A stretch of DNA of 64,000 nucleotides from Felis catus (taxonomy: Eukaryota), in NCBI RefSeq assembly GCF_018350175.1, contig NC_058368.1:147004001-147068000 (forward strand). Direction: 5' to 3'. Of this stretch, positions 50,079 through 62,988 are shown piece after piece. The translations under genes and the position numbers were made by a program. The notes beneath the pieces were generated by a model that was given only the letters and a program-made list of their open reading frames with translations, had not been told where the DNA came from and did not search any database. Position 1 is the stretch's first letter. Each line of letters starts with the position of its first letter.

Positions 50079-51941
50079 AATGAAGAGCATAGAGTAAATG
50101 GCCCTGAGTTGAGCAGCTGCAAACTCTACTTGGGTTTGAGCTGGATCCTGGGTCTTTTTGTTTCAATGTGTTGACAGCACAATGATTATTAAATTATATT
50201 GGACATCAGGAGGAAAAAATTACCTTTGCTAATGCTTATAGATATTACTAAACTACCAAAAAGAAGAAAATAAATCAAAAGTGAAACGTTGCTATGTAAA
50301 AGTAATATTTTTTTCACTCCCTTACAAAGAATGCCTTCCTTTAATTATTGTTAACTATTTAACATTTCATTTATCTGTACAAAATTAATTTTATTTCTTG
50401 CTTTATTGGAAAGCAGGAAATTAATTCCTGTGTTTGGTCTTCTGGGGTTTTTTTTTTCTATAGAAAAATTGGAAAAAATACTCCTTTCATGCAGGTATAA
50501 TCGCTGGGCTCATCTTTAATTTTTAAAATTATCCTTTAATCAGCTTTGTGTCTCAAATTACACAAGAAGCCTTATAATGATGAGAAATGTGTTGCTTATA
50601 CAATAAGGGCCCCAAGGGGCTTAGTACCTTAGCGCCTTGAGAGCCCTCCATACATATAAATAAGCTTTCTCTTTGAGATCCAACAAAAAGAAGTATGGAC
50701 ATGAGCCTCGTTGCCTAACGGGTCGTTTTATAGGGTGTGGCAGATCCAGAAATCCTTTTATAGATTCTTATAAGCATGGAATTATGACAGGCATCTTTTA
50801 TCCTTTTTCGGATTTAAACTGTGGAATGAGTAGAAAAAGACTAGAACGTGAATTCATTTTGAAAGGCAGAGACTTTCATTGCTTCACACACTACCGCTGA
50901 ACGTGTGCTGGTGGACAGGAAAAACGGCATGTGTGCCCTGTGGAACTGACATCCGAGGGTTTTTTCACCTTCAAAATATGCATATTCAGCAGTCAAAATA
51001 TTAGTTGTTTTGTAATTACTTAGAAATGAAGTGGGTTCATATTTTTTGCTGTATTCCAGCCAATGGTTAAGTGCATAGTTCCAACAACCAAAATAATGAC
51101 ATGTTTTTTTTTCTCTTACTCAGACTGATCAAATGCTCATTTTAATAGTGGGGATGGTAACTATCAGATTCAAGTTAAATAGGATTCTATTTTTTCTAAT
51201 AAAACTATTAAAAATCTTTCACAGCTAAGCTCTGCTATTTCTGTCAGGTTCATCACTGCCTTTTAATGAATAATAACATTTTTGAAGTTTAAACAACTTA
51301 TTAAAGGTTTATAGCCTTGACTATTCTATTGTGGACCTATCGCTAATCAGTATTTTTAGTGTGTCAACATTTTTAATCAGTGGCTAGGGTCATAGTTGGG
51401 CTAACACTTGACGGTCCCTCACAGTCGTAATACAAGCACGACTTAATAAGAGAATGTGTAATTATTTTCCATGAGGGATAATGTCATTAAACAATTGTGC
51501 TTAATAATATATGTCAAACAAAAAACATGAGATATTCAGAATTTTCACTGTGGATATTTTTATGAATTTCTGATGAGTGATTGTGGATCAGGACAACAAA
51601 AATTAAGACACTTAAAGTTTTTTGGCATTTGAGCCTTGGGAAAATTAAGGCCATAAATATAATAATGATATGTAATAATAAAAATTACTTTCAATGAACA
51701 TTTTACTTTAATAGCATGTTATGTAATGTATTTCATGTGTTTTTCACACATTTTTTCATTCATGCAGAACCATCTGTTACCTAGAAAAAGTATATGGTTT
51801 CAAATTTAAGGTAACTTATCAAATTTTCCAGAAACTAAGAAGTTCTTATGTTTTTAGGATATAAGATAACACAAATAAAAAAAAAAAAACATGTATTTAA
51901 CCCTCACTGCATTTTTCTGCATTGTTTGCTCCTTTCCCCAT

Positions 51942-52590
51942 TGACAAAAACAAAACCCGCAGATCCAAAAAGGCATCAGTTAGGCCGAGTTTGAAAATTA
52001 GGGTTTAATACATAATCTGACTGCAGTTAACCTCCCCCGGAAATGCAGTCTTAACTGGTCGGTCAGGAATTTTCTGATGGGCGCCAAGGAGTCTGCCACA
52101 TGGGCTCTCTCCATCCCCCAGAGGAAGATGAAGTAATCTGCCTGATAAGACTCTTTGCTTTGACCCCTAAGGGAAAGCAGCCTTGCCTGGAACAATCCTC
52201 TTGTGCTAGTAACTCTTGTCCTATCCCCCCTCTATAAAAACCTTCCATTTTGTACAACTCTTCTGAGCTCCCTCTACTAGCTAGAAAGGATGCTGCCCAT
52301 TCATACATCATTTAATAAAGCCAATTAGATCTTCACATTTACTGGGTTGAATTAAAAAAAAATTAATGTTTATTTATTATTGAGAGACAGAGAGACATAG
52401 AGTGTGAGCAGGGGAGGGATAGAGAGAGGGGGAGACACAGAATCTGAAGCAGGCTCCAGGCTCTGAGCTGTCAGCACAGAGCCGGACGTGGGGCTCGAAC
52501 TCAGGATCTGTGAGATTATGACCTGAGCTGAAGTCCATTCCCTAACCAAATGAGCCACCCAGGTGCCTCTTGAATGTTTGTTTTTTAACA
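51942..52590 (+). mobile_element. Solo ERV1-type LTR (MER34-like) with a CanSINE in its 3' part
   Basis: TG…CA ends, TATAAAA at 52233-52239, AATAAA at 52314-52319, and the motif GATGCTGCCCATTCAT…TTAATAAAGCCAATTAGATCTT. Confidence 0.7.
52352..52569 (-). mobile_element. CanSINE (SINEC_Fc-type)
   Basis: GAATCTGAAGCAGGCTCCAGGCTCTGAGCTGTCAGCACAGAGCCGGACGTGGGGCTCGAAC…GAGCCACCCAGGTGCC. Confidence 0.95.
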
Positions 52591-55500
52591 TCTTGAACTT
52601 CTGTCTCACTGAGAATGAGGTTTCATACCATCTGTGCTGGGATATTATATGTCACTAAATTAGAGTCATAGCGGCAGGGATGTTTTTCTTCCCCTTGTTC
52701 CCAGCCCACTCCCAAATCAGTGAGTTTTATGGATTTTGTGCCTGATGTTTGTTTTTTTTTCTGCTACCTTATGGTGTGTCCTCAGACCAGCACTCTTTTT
52801 GTTTGTTTGTTTGTTTGTTTGTTTTAAATGAAGAAGATTAAAAAATCCAAATGGCATCTAAGAAGTGTAAAGGCTTCAACGGCCAAAATTATTTTACATT
52901 GTTAGTCTTTAATATTATAGAATGTGAAATAACATACAAAGAATTTTCTTTGCAACTTCAAAATTGATCCCTGAAGAAAGGCAATCAGCTTTCTATTGCT
53001 GTCTCCAAATAACCTGAACGACTTCTTAATGAGCTCCTTCAGATCAATGGCTTCTGACTGTTCCTGTGGCTAGTCTATCATTCTAGCTTGCCTTTTATTT
53101 CCAGCATTTAGCCAGTTACTCGATTCTACAATTATAATTATTGAAGTTACTAACCCTCTCTTGCTCACCTCCATCCCAGTAGCCCCATTTCCTGGTCCTC
53201 CCTTCCTTTCCTTCTCATAAACCATTTACCCTGGGTTCAGGAACAAACATCTCTGGGTAGGCAGGACACTTGGAGTTCATGTTAAATATGGAAATGGAAA
53301 TACAGTCCTCCGTGTAGCTCATCTGCCCTTGTCTATTTGTGTCTGGACTTGCATCCAGTCTTGTGCCTTGTTTCTGACCCCAAGTCCCCATCTCACAACT
53401 GATTCTGATAAGTGATTCCATATTGTGTTGTTCTCTGTGCACCTTAATAACTGCTATCATACTTCTCATTGGTGACAATATGCTGCTTTCTGAACTTAAA
53501 TTTGTTCAGTGTGGATGTCCTTTCCCATTCCAGCAGGCAGATCCAGATCTGCAAATGGCTTTTCACATTGATAGATCAATTTTTCTATAGTGGGTTTTTT
53601 TACTGAGATGTGGCTTTCTTGGTCCGAGGCCTTAGTAAAATTTACAGGGACTCCATTCTCTTTTTGTCAAGAACATGAATTATAAAAGCTACATAAGGAA
53701 TCATTGGATTTCCTTGAATTTTTTAGTTGGTATACACAGGTTATGTCAATAACTGAACGTCTTTACTTACATGCTTTTACTAAATATTTTGTCTCTGTAT
53801 GTTATCAACCTTTATTAAAAAGGGTAACTCATCACTGAACTTTACATTCTGCCAAAACAGACACATTCTCAGGTGATGTCTTAAGTTTGAAAATCTAATA
53901 ACATCCACATTAATGTGAATACGGACAATTGTTTATTCTTCATACCAACACATATCCAAGTAAGGTCCCATAATACTGGATTGCGACAAGGAAGAAAACA
54001 GATACAATTTTAAATAAGTTGATACCAGATGGTGTTTATTTAAATTACACTGTCCCTATTTTTAGACAATGCTGAAACTATAGCATTGTTTCTTTAACTT
54101 AGCTCCAATTAAGTCACTCACCAAATACCTAAGTAAGTACACTACAGTGACGACATATAAATCTCTGTCATGTAGGGGCACAACTCATTTGCTATTTTTG
54201 AATCCGAGTGCTTTGTGTAGAGTCAATTTGTTGTCAGAAAATGCTTTCAGAAAAGCAGCATCTTCTCTTTCTCTCCCTGCTTTATTTGAAAATAGTAGTA
54301 AGACTCTGAGTGGATAAGACTAATGGTCTCTAGGCAAGACAAGAGACTTGATGTCCTTGATCCTGCTGCTCAGAAACACGTGACTGTTCCACCTTGAAAG
54401 ACTGATTCACTCTTTCACTTCCCCCAGCTAGAATCCTTCTCACCCAATGCCACTGGGGATTCCATTTATTTTACCTCCCAAGGGATTCTGTAGGTTCCAA
54501 ATTTCTCACGCAGGTCAAATTTCAAAAGAGCAGCATGGCAATCCACTACTAAATTGACACCCCACCTGACCTCTGCCTCACTGAAGAGTTGGACTTCTGA
54601 GGCTTTAAATATTCACATTTAATTTCAGCTACCTGAGAGTGCCAGCTTCAGCAGGAATGAAAGGATGCCCTGTGGCATCTGTCCTTACTGATTAATTTGA
54701 ATATATACTCCAATACAGATTATGAAGGCTTTGCTAACGGGGATTGGTGGAGTTGCTGCTTATTTTTTTTTCCACATCGATGTTGAAAAAAGAAAGGAAG
54801 TAGAGAAGAATGAGGATCTCTTCCCTGCCCCCCACCCCCCACCATTGGAGAGTCACAGACTTTTATGAAATGAGCATAATTTAATATTGTTCTTATTGTT
54901 CTCAGATTGTTCTAAGATCATGTTACTTATTTCCTATACTTGTTTTCTCAAGTTATACACTTGGCAGGTTATATTTGAAGTCTTCAAAATTAGCTGACTG
55001 TATCAAAGTTCTTCCACCATTCTCAAGTTCCTCATTAGACTGGGCTTTCTCTGACCCACTGTCATATTCAGGTTTTCCCCCAGTGTATCCAGCAGAATGT
55101 AGACGGTAACTGCCTGCTGAATACATGATTGAATGAATATAAAGTAAATGTCACATTCTTCGAGGTGCTTTCCCACCTAATCTGTGTTCCTAACTACTTA
55201 GGTCTATTATTTAAATTTAAATTTTGTTTAAAGCTAATACATGTTTACTTTCTGGTGTTCATGAGAGAAGTGGCAAATGTTAAAATCTAAACTTACTTTT
55301 GGAGACACTAATTCATACTGACTTCCACTGACAAATTAGTGGCCAGCCAGTCCTAAAGAATTATAATATAATACATTCCATTCTGACTAGAAAAATCCAA
55401 AACTACACTTAGTTTCAAAAACTTAAAGTTGGTGCCAATTAGAGTCATCTTTCCCACATGAGCTTATTATTCAAATTAGCTGGAGCCTCTGTAAACATTT

Positions 55501-57054
55501 AGATTTCCAACTCATCCCCAGAGAGCCAGAGGCAGCACCCAGAAATCAGTATTTTTTAACAAGCTCCCCCATGAGTGTTATGATCAGGTAATTTTGGTAA
55601 CCAGTGAATTAGAGTTCACCAAGATGTTGCAAGATTGTTCTTGATGAATATGTGGCATTCACTGTTCAGGGCCAATAAAATCTTACTGTAAACAGAGTTT
55701 TGGATTACGTTCTTTTATAGAATATCCAGAGTATAGTTGCAATTTTTTTTGGATTTATGCTTTATAAAAACCTGGATAATTTGAGGGAGGGAGACAAATA
55801 GAATATTACCAGCTTCTTTTTTTCCCCCAAGAAGAAAGCCCCCATGGTGGGAATTCAGGTTTATTTAAACACCATGACATTATGACTAATATATTGGATG
55901 AGAAAATCCATTTTCATTTCTAATTTTTCCATATAAGAAGGCTTCCTGAAATTTATTATTGTTTTACTTTGGCTTATAACCTTAAAAATTAAATACTGAA
56001 AGTGTCTGTCAAATTTTGCAATTTTCCTGCTAACTGCAATAAAAAACAGCTCCAGGCGTATAAAACAAATGTCACTTTCATGAGAGCAAAGGAACATTTG
56101 ACTTTCAACTAAAAAATATATCTGAATCCATGTTGTAGAGAAATATTAAAGTTGGTTAAATGTTAGAAAATGTAGACTAGAAAGAGAAAAATAAGACTGT
56201 AGAGATCGTAATGAGGTAGTGTCATCACGTGCTCAATCATGAAAGATAAAATGTAGAATTTTGTCAAAAAACAAAATGTTAAAATAAATTATAGTTCTTA
56301 TATAAGTTCTGAGAAGGTAGTGAGAAACTGACAATTCAATGAAGAGAACAGGCATCTATTTCTCTTCAGTTGACTTTTGGCATACACACACAAATACATA
56401 TACATAACATACGTTGATACGTATATTTAGATACTCTTACATACATATATACTTTTTCCTTGACATCGCTTTCCTGAGGCTTAGTCTGTTATGACTAATA
56501 AAAACCAGAAAGGATATTCATACATTTTTAAAAAAAATTGACATTCTTACATTTTTAGTATTTCATTTACACCACCTGTGGTAAACCTAGAAAATTGCTA
56601 TTATTTTGAGATTGTTTTTCTGAAGTAATCTTATTTCTGGGTCTGTATCACAATTCAATATAAACAGCCTAAAATCTATTAGAGCAAAGTGGTCAATAAA
56701 AACAGGAGGACACATAAAAGAATTAGAAAAGTTTTTGAAAATATTTCCTTGGAAAGGTACATACAGAAAACATTTCACAAGCACGTGTTTTCCCCTGCAA
56801 CATTCAATTTATTTGTTGTATCTGTGTGGATGAAAGTTTGTAGTTGAATTTGCACTTGTAAACATTGCAGACTTTCTCCCTTATGGAAAGTAACCATGGG
56901 AAAGAAGACACAAATAATATTAGGAATCAATAGGAAATGGCTTATTCAGAAAAGTTAATTTCTGAGTATAAGTAATATACCTAGTAAAAATAATAATAAT
57001 AATAACAAAGCACAATAGTTATTTGGATTATATATAAACATTTATTTTGATTGG

Positions 57055-57084
57055 TATATGTATATATTGGAATGTGTGTATATA

Positions 57085-57134
<50 letters not shown>

Positions 57135-57145
57135 TATATATATAT
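57055..57145. repeat. Compound (TA)n/(CA)n microsatellite
   Basis: Direct reading of the sequence. Confidence 0.95.
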
Positions 57146-57699
57146 TTTTTTCCAAGTGTTCAGAGAACTTTTACAGTTCCTTCTTATACATTATTTCTTT
57201 ATCATAATAGTATTGCTATATTCTTATGTACAGTTTGTTGGTGTTTGTCATTCCCTTCAGGAGTAAATAGTAAACTTACCTAAGGCTTTTCTTCAACATA
57301 CCAAATTATCTACAATACCATAAACAAACTGGCTAAATTTAATTTTAAAACTACCAATTACATGGTATAAGTTTATCCAATTGTTATGTTTATAAATATT
57401 AAAATGGTTTAACTCTTCAGAAATTTTTACATTGAATAGATGATAGTGATTTATTGGCTCCCATAAGAATTCTGGCTTATATCTTGTTCACCAAGTATCA
57501 ATTTACTTTCATAGGTGACCAACTTGCCAGTGGGAGCCTATTTTTTTTACAGTAAGACTTATTTGGGGAATGTCAAAATCATATGTTATAATAAATGTGG
57601 TTCCTAAGTCCATGGATTGATAGTCATGGTCTATTTTGTGTTTCTAGAGGCAGGTTTCTGGGGCTCTACATTAATTTGAAGGTAGACTAAGTTTGTATG

Positions 57700-58630
57700 C
57701 TACAAAGCCTAAAGAAATCACTGCAATAACATCAAAAAATTATACCAAGTAAGTGAACAACAACAACAACAACAACAACAAGATCTTAACTGGAATCATT
57801 AAAAAAACTTCAATTAATCCAAAAGAAGATAGAAACAAAAAAAAAATGGAAAAGATGCAACAAGTAGAAAATAAGCAGAAAGATGATAGATTTTAAACCC
57901 AATCATATTAATTTTCATATCAAACATAAATGGCTTAAATGCTCTAGTCAAAAAGCAGAGATAGTAGGATGGAAAAAGGAGACCCAACTATAGGCTGCAT
58001 AGAAGAAGTGCATTTCAAATATAAGGTACAAATAGGTTAAAAGTAAAAGAATGAAAACCACACACCAACATAGCATTAATCAAAAGAAAACTGGAGTGCC
58101 TCTATTAACAGCAAAATAGAATCCAGATCAAAAAATATTTCCAGGGATAAAGGTCATTTTCCAATAATAAAGGAGCTAGTTGATGCAGTGGACTCCACAG
58201 TCCTAATTGTTCACACATCTTTTAACAGAGCTTCAAAATACATCAAGCAGGGGCGCCTGGGTGGCTAAGCGTCTAACTCCGGCTCAGGTTATTGATCTCA
58301 CAGTTTGGTTTGTGAGTTCGAGCCCTCTCTCTGCCGGGCTCTCTGCCCTCAACACAGATCCTGTTTCAGATCCTTTATTCCCCCTCTCTCTGTCCCTCCC
58401 CTGCTTACATGCTCTCTCTCTGTCTGTATCAAAATAAATAAATAAATAAAAATACATTCAAAATACATCAAGCAAACGCTGATATAACTATAAGAAGCAA
58501 TAAAGAACATCACAATTATAGTTGGAAATTTCCACATTGCTCTTTCTATAATTGATAGTACAAGGATATAGAAAATCAGTAAGGATATAGAATACCTGAA
58601 TACTATCAAGTAACCTGGTCAACTTGATGA
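57700..58630 (+). mobile_element. Ancient L1 fragment (inter-ORF region and ORF2 endonuclease domain), decayed
   Basis: AACATAAATGGCTTAAATGCTCTAGTCAAAAAGCAGAGA…GACCCAACTATAGGCTGC…AAGAAAACTGGAGTGCCT…CACAATTATAGTTGGAAATTTC are NxNGLN/DPTI/IIVGDF-like EN motifs, with many disruptions. Confidence 0.8.
58250..58456 (+). mobile_element. CanSINE inserted in the old L1
   Basis: GGGGCGCCTGGGTGGCT… body with an 18-bp TSD TTCAAAATACATCAAGCA at 58232-58249 and 58457-58474. Confidence 0.94.
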
Positions 58631-60430
58631 AAATTTTATATACAGTTCAGACAGATAATAAGTGTATTAACATGCAAATGCCTAATCTATTAATTAAAGG
58701 AAAAATTAAAAAATGTTTACATATAATCATGAAATGACAAGCTTAATGTAAACGGAGTCAAAAAATATTTAATCAGTACAACAGTTTAGTCATATTTTTC
58801 ATTATACCTCCTCCCTAAATCAATCTATACAAGGATTTTGCTATTACAGATATGCTTTTTAGTGAACATTACACATGGAAAATGTATGAGAATACTTATC
58901 TCTTTTAAAATTAATTTTAAGAGCTATATAATTTATGAAGTTTAAAAAGCTTCATCTTACGGAACATATTTTCATTTTCTATGCATCAGAATGCCTACTG
59001 TGAAAAGGTGAAAGGTAGGAACTGAAATAGTTATTTACAATAAATCATGGCAGATATTTGACTACAGTCAAAAATACATTTGAAGACAGTTTCACAAAAA
59101 ACCCTATATACACTCAATCTAAGATGCTACTGATTAGAAAACATGCCATTATTTTAGGTTCCTCTAGAAAATAATAAATGCCTCCAATTAAAATTATGAC
59201 ATTGTAAGATATACCAATTTCTGAGATGTTAAAATGTAAAATGTGTGTGTGTTCTGAGATGTTAAATGTATCTCTAGATGCTAAATGGATGTGTTCTGAG
59301 ATATTGAAAGGTAAATAGGTGTGGATTTTATAATCTAAACCTAAAGATATGTCTCCCCTGAAATGAATTTTATGTGAAGTGAATTCAGACTCTGTTGACT
59401 CACTGAAATAGCCATCTAGGCTTAGTATTTCTTGGAAAATTAATAAATTCTCTGTCTTGAATTTTTGAAAAAGCAAGATATTCCCAACTCTCTGCTGGTG
59501 AATAATATACCAGGGAATAAAAGGGCTACACAAAATGGAAAAAGTCATTGTGAACTCAGAAATACTTAACATATTATATATTTCCCCCCAAATCCTTGAA
59601 GTAAGAAGTTTGTTTCTGTTGATGTCTTTAGAAAGCTAGAGTTCTTAGCACAAACATTCCAAGCAATGAATGAGTTTCAGTGTCATTGGCCCAACTAAGG
59701 CTATATTTTAACATCTGGCCCAATTAGTTATTGATATGAACCCTGAGCACTTCCATTTTCTAGGGCCCCACACAAATTCAGACCAGGAGATACTACAGAA
59801 AGATATTTAGAATGGTAAGAACATTTAGAAAAACAATTACAAATAGTATAGTGTAGAATTGGATGTTGCAATAATATATATTTATTACCATAATATTAAA
59901 ACAGCTTACACAGGTTAAAAAAACTAAACAAATCTATGAATTAAAACACAATGAAGGAAACTGAGCAGAGAAACATCCTGTATTTTAATTTTGATGAAAC
60001 AGTATAATAGTCAAAATTTGTTCATTTCTAAAATTCCTATTGTCAAAATAATCAAGGAAATATATAACTTAAAAATCTTTTAGTTAATTTTTAAAATATT
60101 TTTTGCCAAACTACATTTTTTGCCTAATATCAGTAACGTTTTTTAATAGTAAAGTTAATAGTGACAAGTATTCAGACAATAAGTATTTACATGTGCTTTA
60201 AGTTAAATTATCCAAGCTCCTATTAGGTTTATAAAATATAAGCAAATTTTACTTAGCTGGGTCTTAGATAATTGATACTATGGAAAATGTTAGAATTTTT
60301 AATTTAACATACATTTTTCAGTGGATATAGCCATTATTTTTAATACATATGTCTAAGCAGTTCATTCAGTCATATTCAGATAGAGTTTGGTCCTTCACTT
60401 TGCATGTTATAAACCACCTGGATCACTTAC

Positions 60431-60586
60431 CTTATCTTTTCTTTGCTTTTCATCCTGGTATACAGTCCAGTGTTCTCCATCATTGCTGTATGCTAGTTTG
60501 TAAGAACCTACGAACTGTACATGACCAAAATCTTTAGCTCCTTGTGTAATGATGCCAGTTACTTTGGTAGGGACCAGAAGGTCCAC
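60431..60586 (-). CDS. EDIL3: EDIL3 penultimate coding exon (156 nt), second discoidin domain
   Basis: Acceptor ttttcctttttttag|GTG and donor AAG|gtaagt. Translation [52 protein letters not shown] matches EDIL3. The rest of the gene lies beyond the right edge of the window. Confidence 0.98.
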
Positions 60587-60698
60587 CTAAAAAAAGGAAA
60601 AGACATAATTTAAATGCCACAGCAGAGTCCATTATAAATGTGCAAGTTGCTCAAGTTCAGGAGATTAAGTAACATGCATGTTAAAGCCAAAGATCCAC

Positions 60699-60928
60699 GG
60701 GGCGCCTGGGTGGCGCAGTCGGTTGAGCGTCCGACTTCAGCCAGCTCACGATCTCGCGGTCCGTGAGTTCGAGCCCCGCGTTGGGCTCTGGGCTGATGGC
60801 TCAGAGCCTGGAGCCTGCTTCCGATTCTGTGTCTCCCTCTCTCTCCCCTCCCCCGTTCATGCTCTGTCTCTCTCTGTCCCAAAAATAAATAAAAAAAGTT
60901 GGAAAAAAAATAAATAAATACTATAAAA
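60699..60928 (+). mobile_element. Very young SINEC_Fc-type CanSINE
   Basis: CpG-rich intact head GGGGCGCCTGGGTGGCGCAGTCGGTTGAGCGTCCGAC…GAGTTCGAGCCCCGCG, with a perfect 16-bp TSD AAAGCCAAAGATCCAC at 60683-60698 and 60929-60944. Confidence 0.97.
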
Positions 60929-62746
60929 AAAGCCAAAGATCCACTGATTATTTGTATTTTGAAACTGATGACTGAGTCTGTGATTGGCTAATAATTTTGA
61001 CTTTGCCACTGGATAAACTTAGTTGAAAACCTGAATAACTATTTTGACTGTTTTAAAATAAAACGATGGTCATTTTAGTCTACCAATCAATTTTATATTA
61101 AACCAAATTCCTCTAGCTGTGCAGTTTTGTGCAACTAAGATTGAACAGGGCAGGCAGGGCTGATCTTCTTGGGATGAAGGTCTTCCCCAGCTTGTCTTCC
61201 AGAGCTTGTGCTTATAATTCAGTTTTCTGACTTTACTGGTCATTTCAATTTTAATAAAAATCAGACTCTAGTTGTATACACATTAGGAATAGAAATGATA
61301 TTATATGTATCACAGTTAAACATTAAATACAAAGTCAACATTATTTCCATGAGTTTTAATCAGCTCAGGAATATATAATTGAATAATAGTAATCATTGTA
61401 CAATGAAAATCTTGTTTAGAAAACTACAATTCTAAAAATGTTGAGGAGAAAGTTGGACATTCTTCAAAAATGAAGGAGGATTACAGTATGCATCCCTGAC
61501 TTGTGGGATCTGTGCTCATGAGGTGTTTTTTCCTACAAAATACATACTTACAAAAGCAAAACACGCATGGAGACTCAGTAAGCATTAAATTAATCAAGAT
61601 GTGATTGAAATGCAAAAGACAGCATTGATTTTCATGAAAAAGAATTCATAACATTGAATAATTTAGTAGAATTCTGTTCTCTAATTCATGAAGCTTTTCT
61701 TATATCTTATTATGTTAATTAAAAAAATATAGGAATCTTTGTTTTCCATGTGGACAATTCTCGTAAGAGCTTTACCTTTAGGTTTATTAATGTTCCTTGA
61801 TCTACAGCTTCCGCTCTCCTTCCACAATAGCGACCTACTTCCTCCTACTTCCTGTGACTAAGTGCCCTGCTTACATCCTTGATCTTATCATCTTTCACTG
61901 TCATGATCCCATATGTGACCTTGGTGGCTTTCAACCACTATGTCCTTTTGTTTCTATTTCAGGTTCTTTATCCTGTGAGATGTATGCAGCCACAAATAGA
62001 CAGTCCTGGGTCAGACATAGTCCATGAATGAAAAGAGAGAGCCAGGGTGAATGTACTGAATAGACCATATTTAGTGACTGTATTTAGATGCTTTTCAATA
62101 AAGATATGAAAAAAGTTCCCAAAGTTTCACAGCCTAGGAAAATTTCTTTAAAAATTCACAGGGGATTTGACCACTTTTTGTAACACTGTTTAATTAAAGA
62201 CATCAGACTCAACTTGCACAATGAATTAAGACAGAAAACTACCTTTAATTCTTTATTAAAATACTTTAGAAAGTTTATCAAAACTAGAAAATATTTTTGT
62301 TTCTGCATATTTCCTAACATGTATTATATCATCTAAAATATCTATCCTGCAGCAAAGCAAGGTGGCAAAATGATGATACCTGGGAAGGAAACTTTTGTTG
62401 CCTCATACACACTATGCTAAGTGCTTTCTTGTGTGTCCTCAATGAATCCTCTCTACAGCCCTGTACAGTACCTTTGAGATGAGGGAACAGAGGCTAATAT
62501 ATTATGATGTGTGATCCAAAGATAGATAGTGAGTAAAGGGAGGATACTAGATTCAAATTCAACATTCTGATTCAAAGTTCCATTATACATAAAAATTCTC
62601 ACTCAATGATTTCTTGCTATTCTTTGTGATTATTTCAGAAATTTCTGGAGAATCTCAAAGTTTCCTCACTACACTCATTAAACTTACAGAAACTCTAAGC
62701 TCCAAACCAAAACAATCCTGGATTTATAATACGAGAAGAGCCCTGT

Positions 62747-62988
62747 AATTTTTTTTAATGTTTGTTTGTTTGTTTGTTTGTTTTTGAGAGACAGAGAGAA
62801 AGAGAGAGAGGGAGAGAACATGTGCACATGAGTTAGGGGAGGGGCAGTGAGGGAGGGAGAGAGAGAATCCCAAGAAGGCTCTGTGCTGTCAGCGCAGACA
62901 TGGGGCTCAAACCCACAAACCATGAGATCATGACCTGAGCCGAAATCAAGAGTTGAACACTTAACTGTCCGAGCCACTCAGGTGCCCC
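62747..62988 (-). mobile_element. CanSINE
   Basis: Antisense body with TSD AGAAGAGCCCTGT at 62734-62746 and 62989-63001. Confidence 0.95.

Larger units (their letters stand above)
39609..60430 (-). other. EDIL3: EDIL3 last intron (20,822 bp, GT-AG, phase 0)
   Basis: Donor AAG|gtaagt at 60430 and acceptor ctag| at 39609. The joined reading …QRKDK|VFQGN… is in frame. Confidence 0.95.

Noticed and set aside
59114..59572. 152-aa minus-strand ORF in the EDIL3 intron, same strand as the gene
   Set aside because: It contains repeated FNISE peptides from a locally repeated TTCTGAGATGTTAAA motif in a probable MER104-like relic. It has no domain similarity and is not needed for the EDIL3 reading frame.
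60699..60790. tRNA-like A/B box sequences here and in other SINE heads
   Set aside because: These are tRNA-derived CanSINE promoters, not tRNA genes. SINE-derived ORFs (…LTAQSLEPASDSVSP…) were rejected for the same reason.
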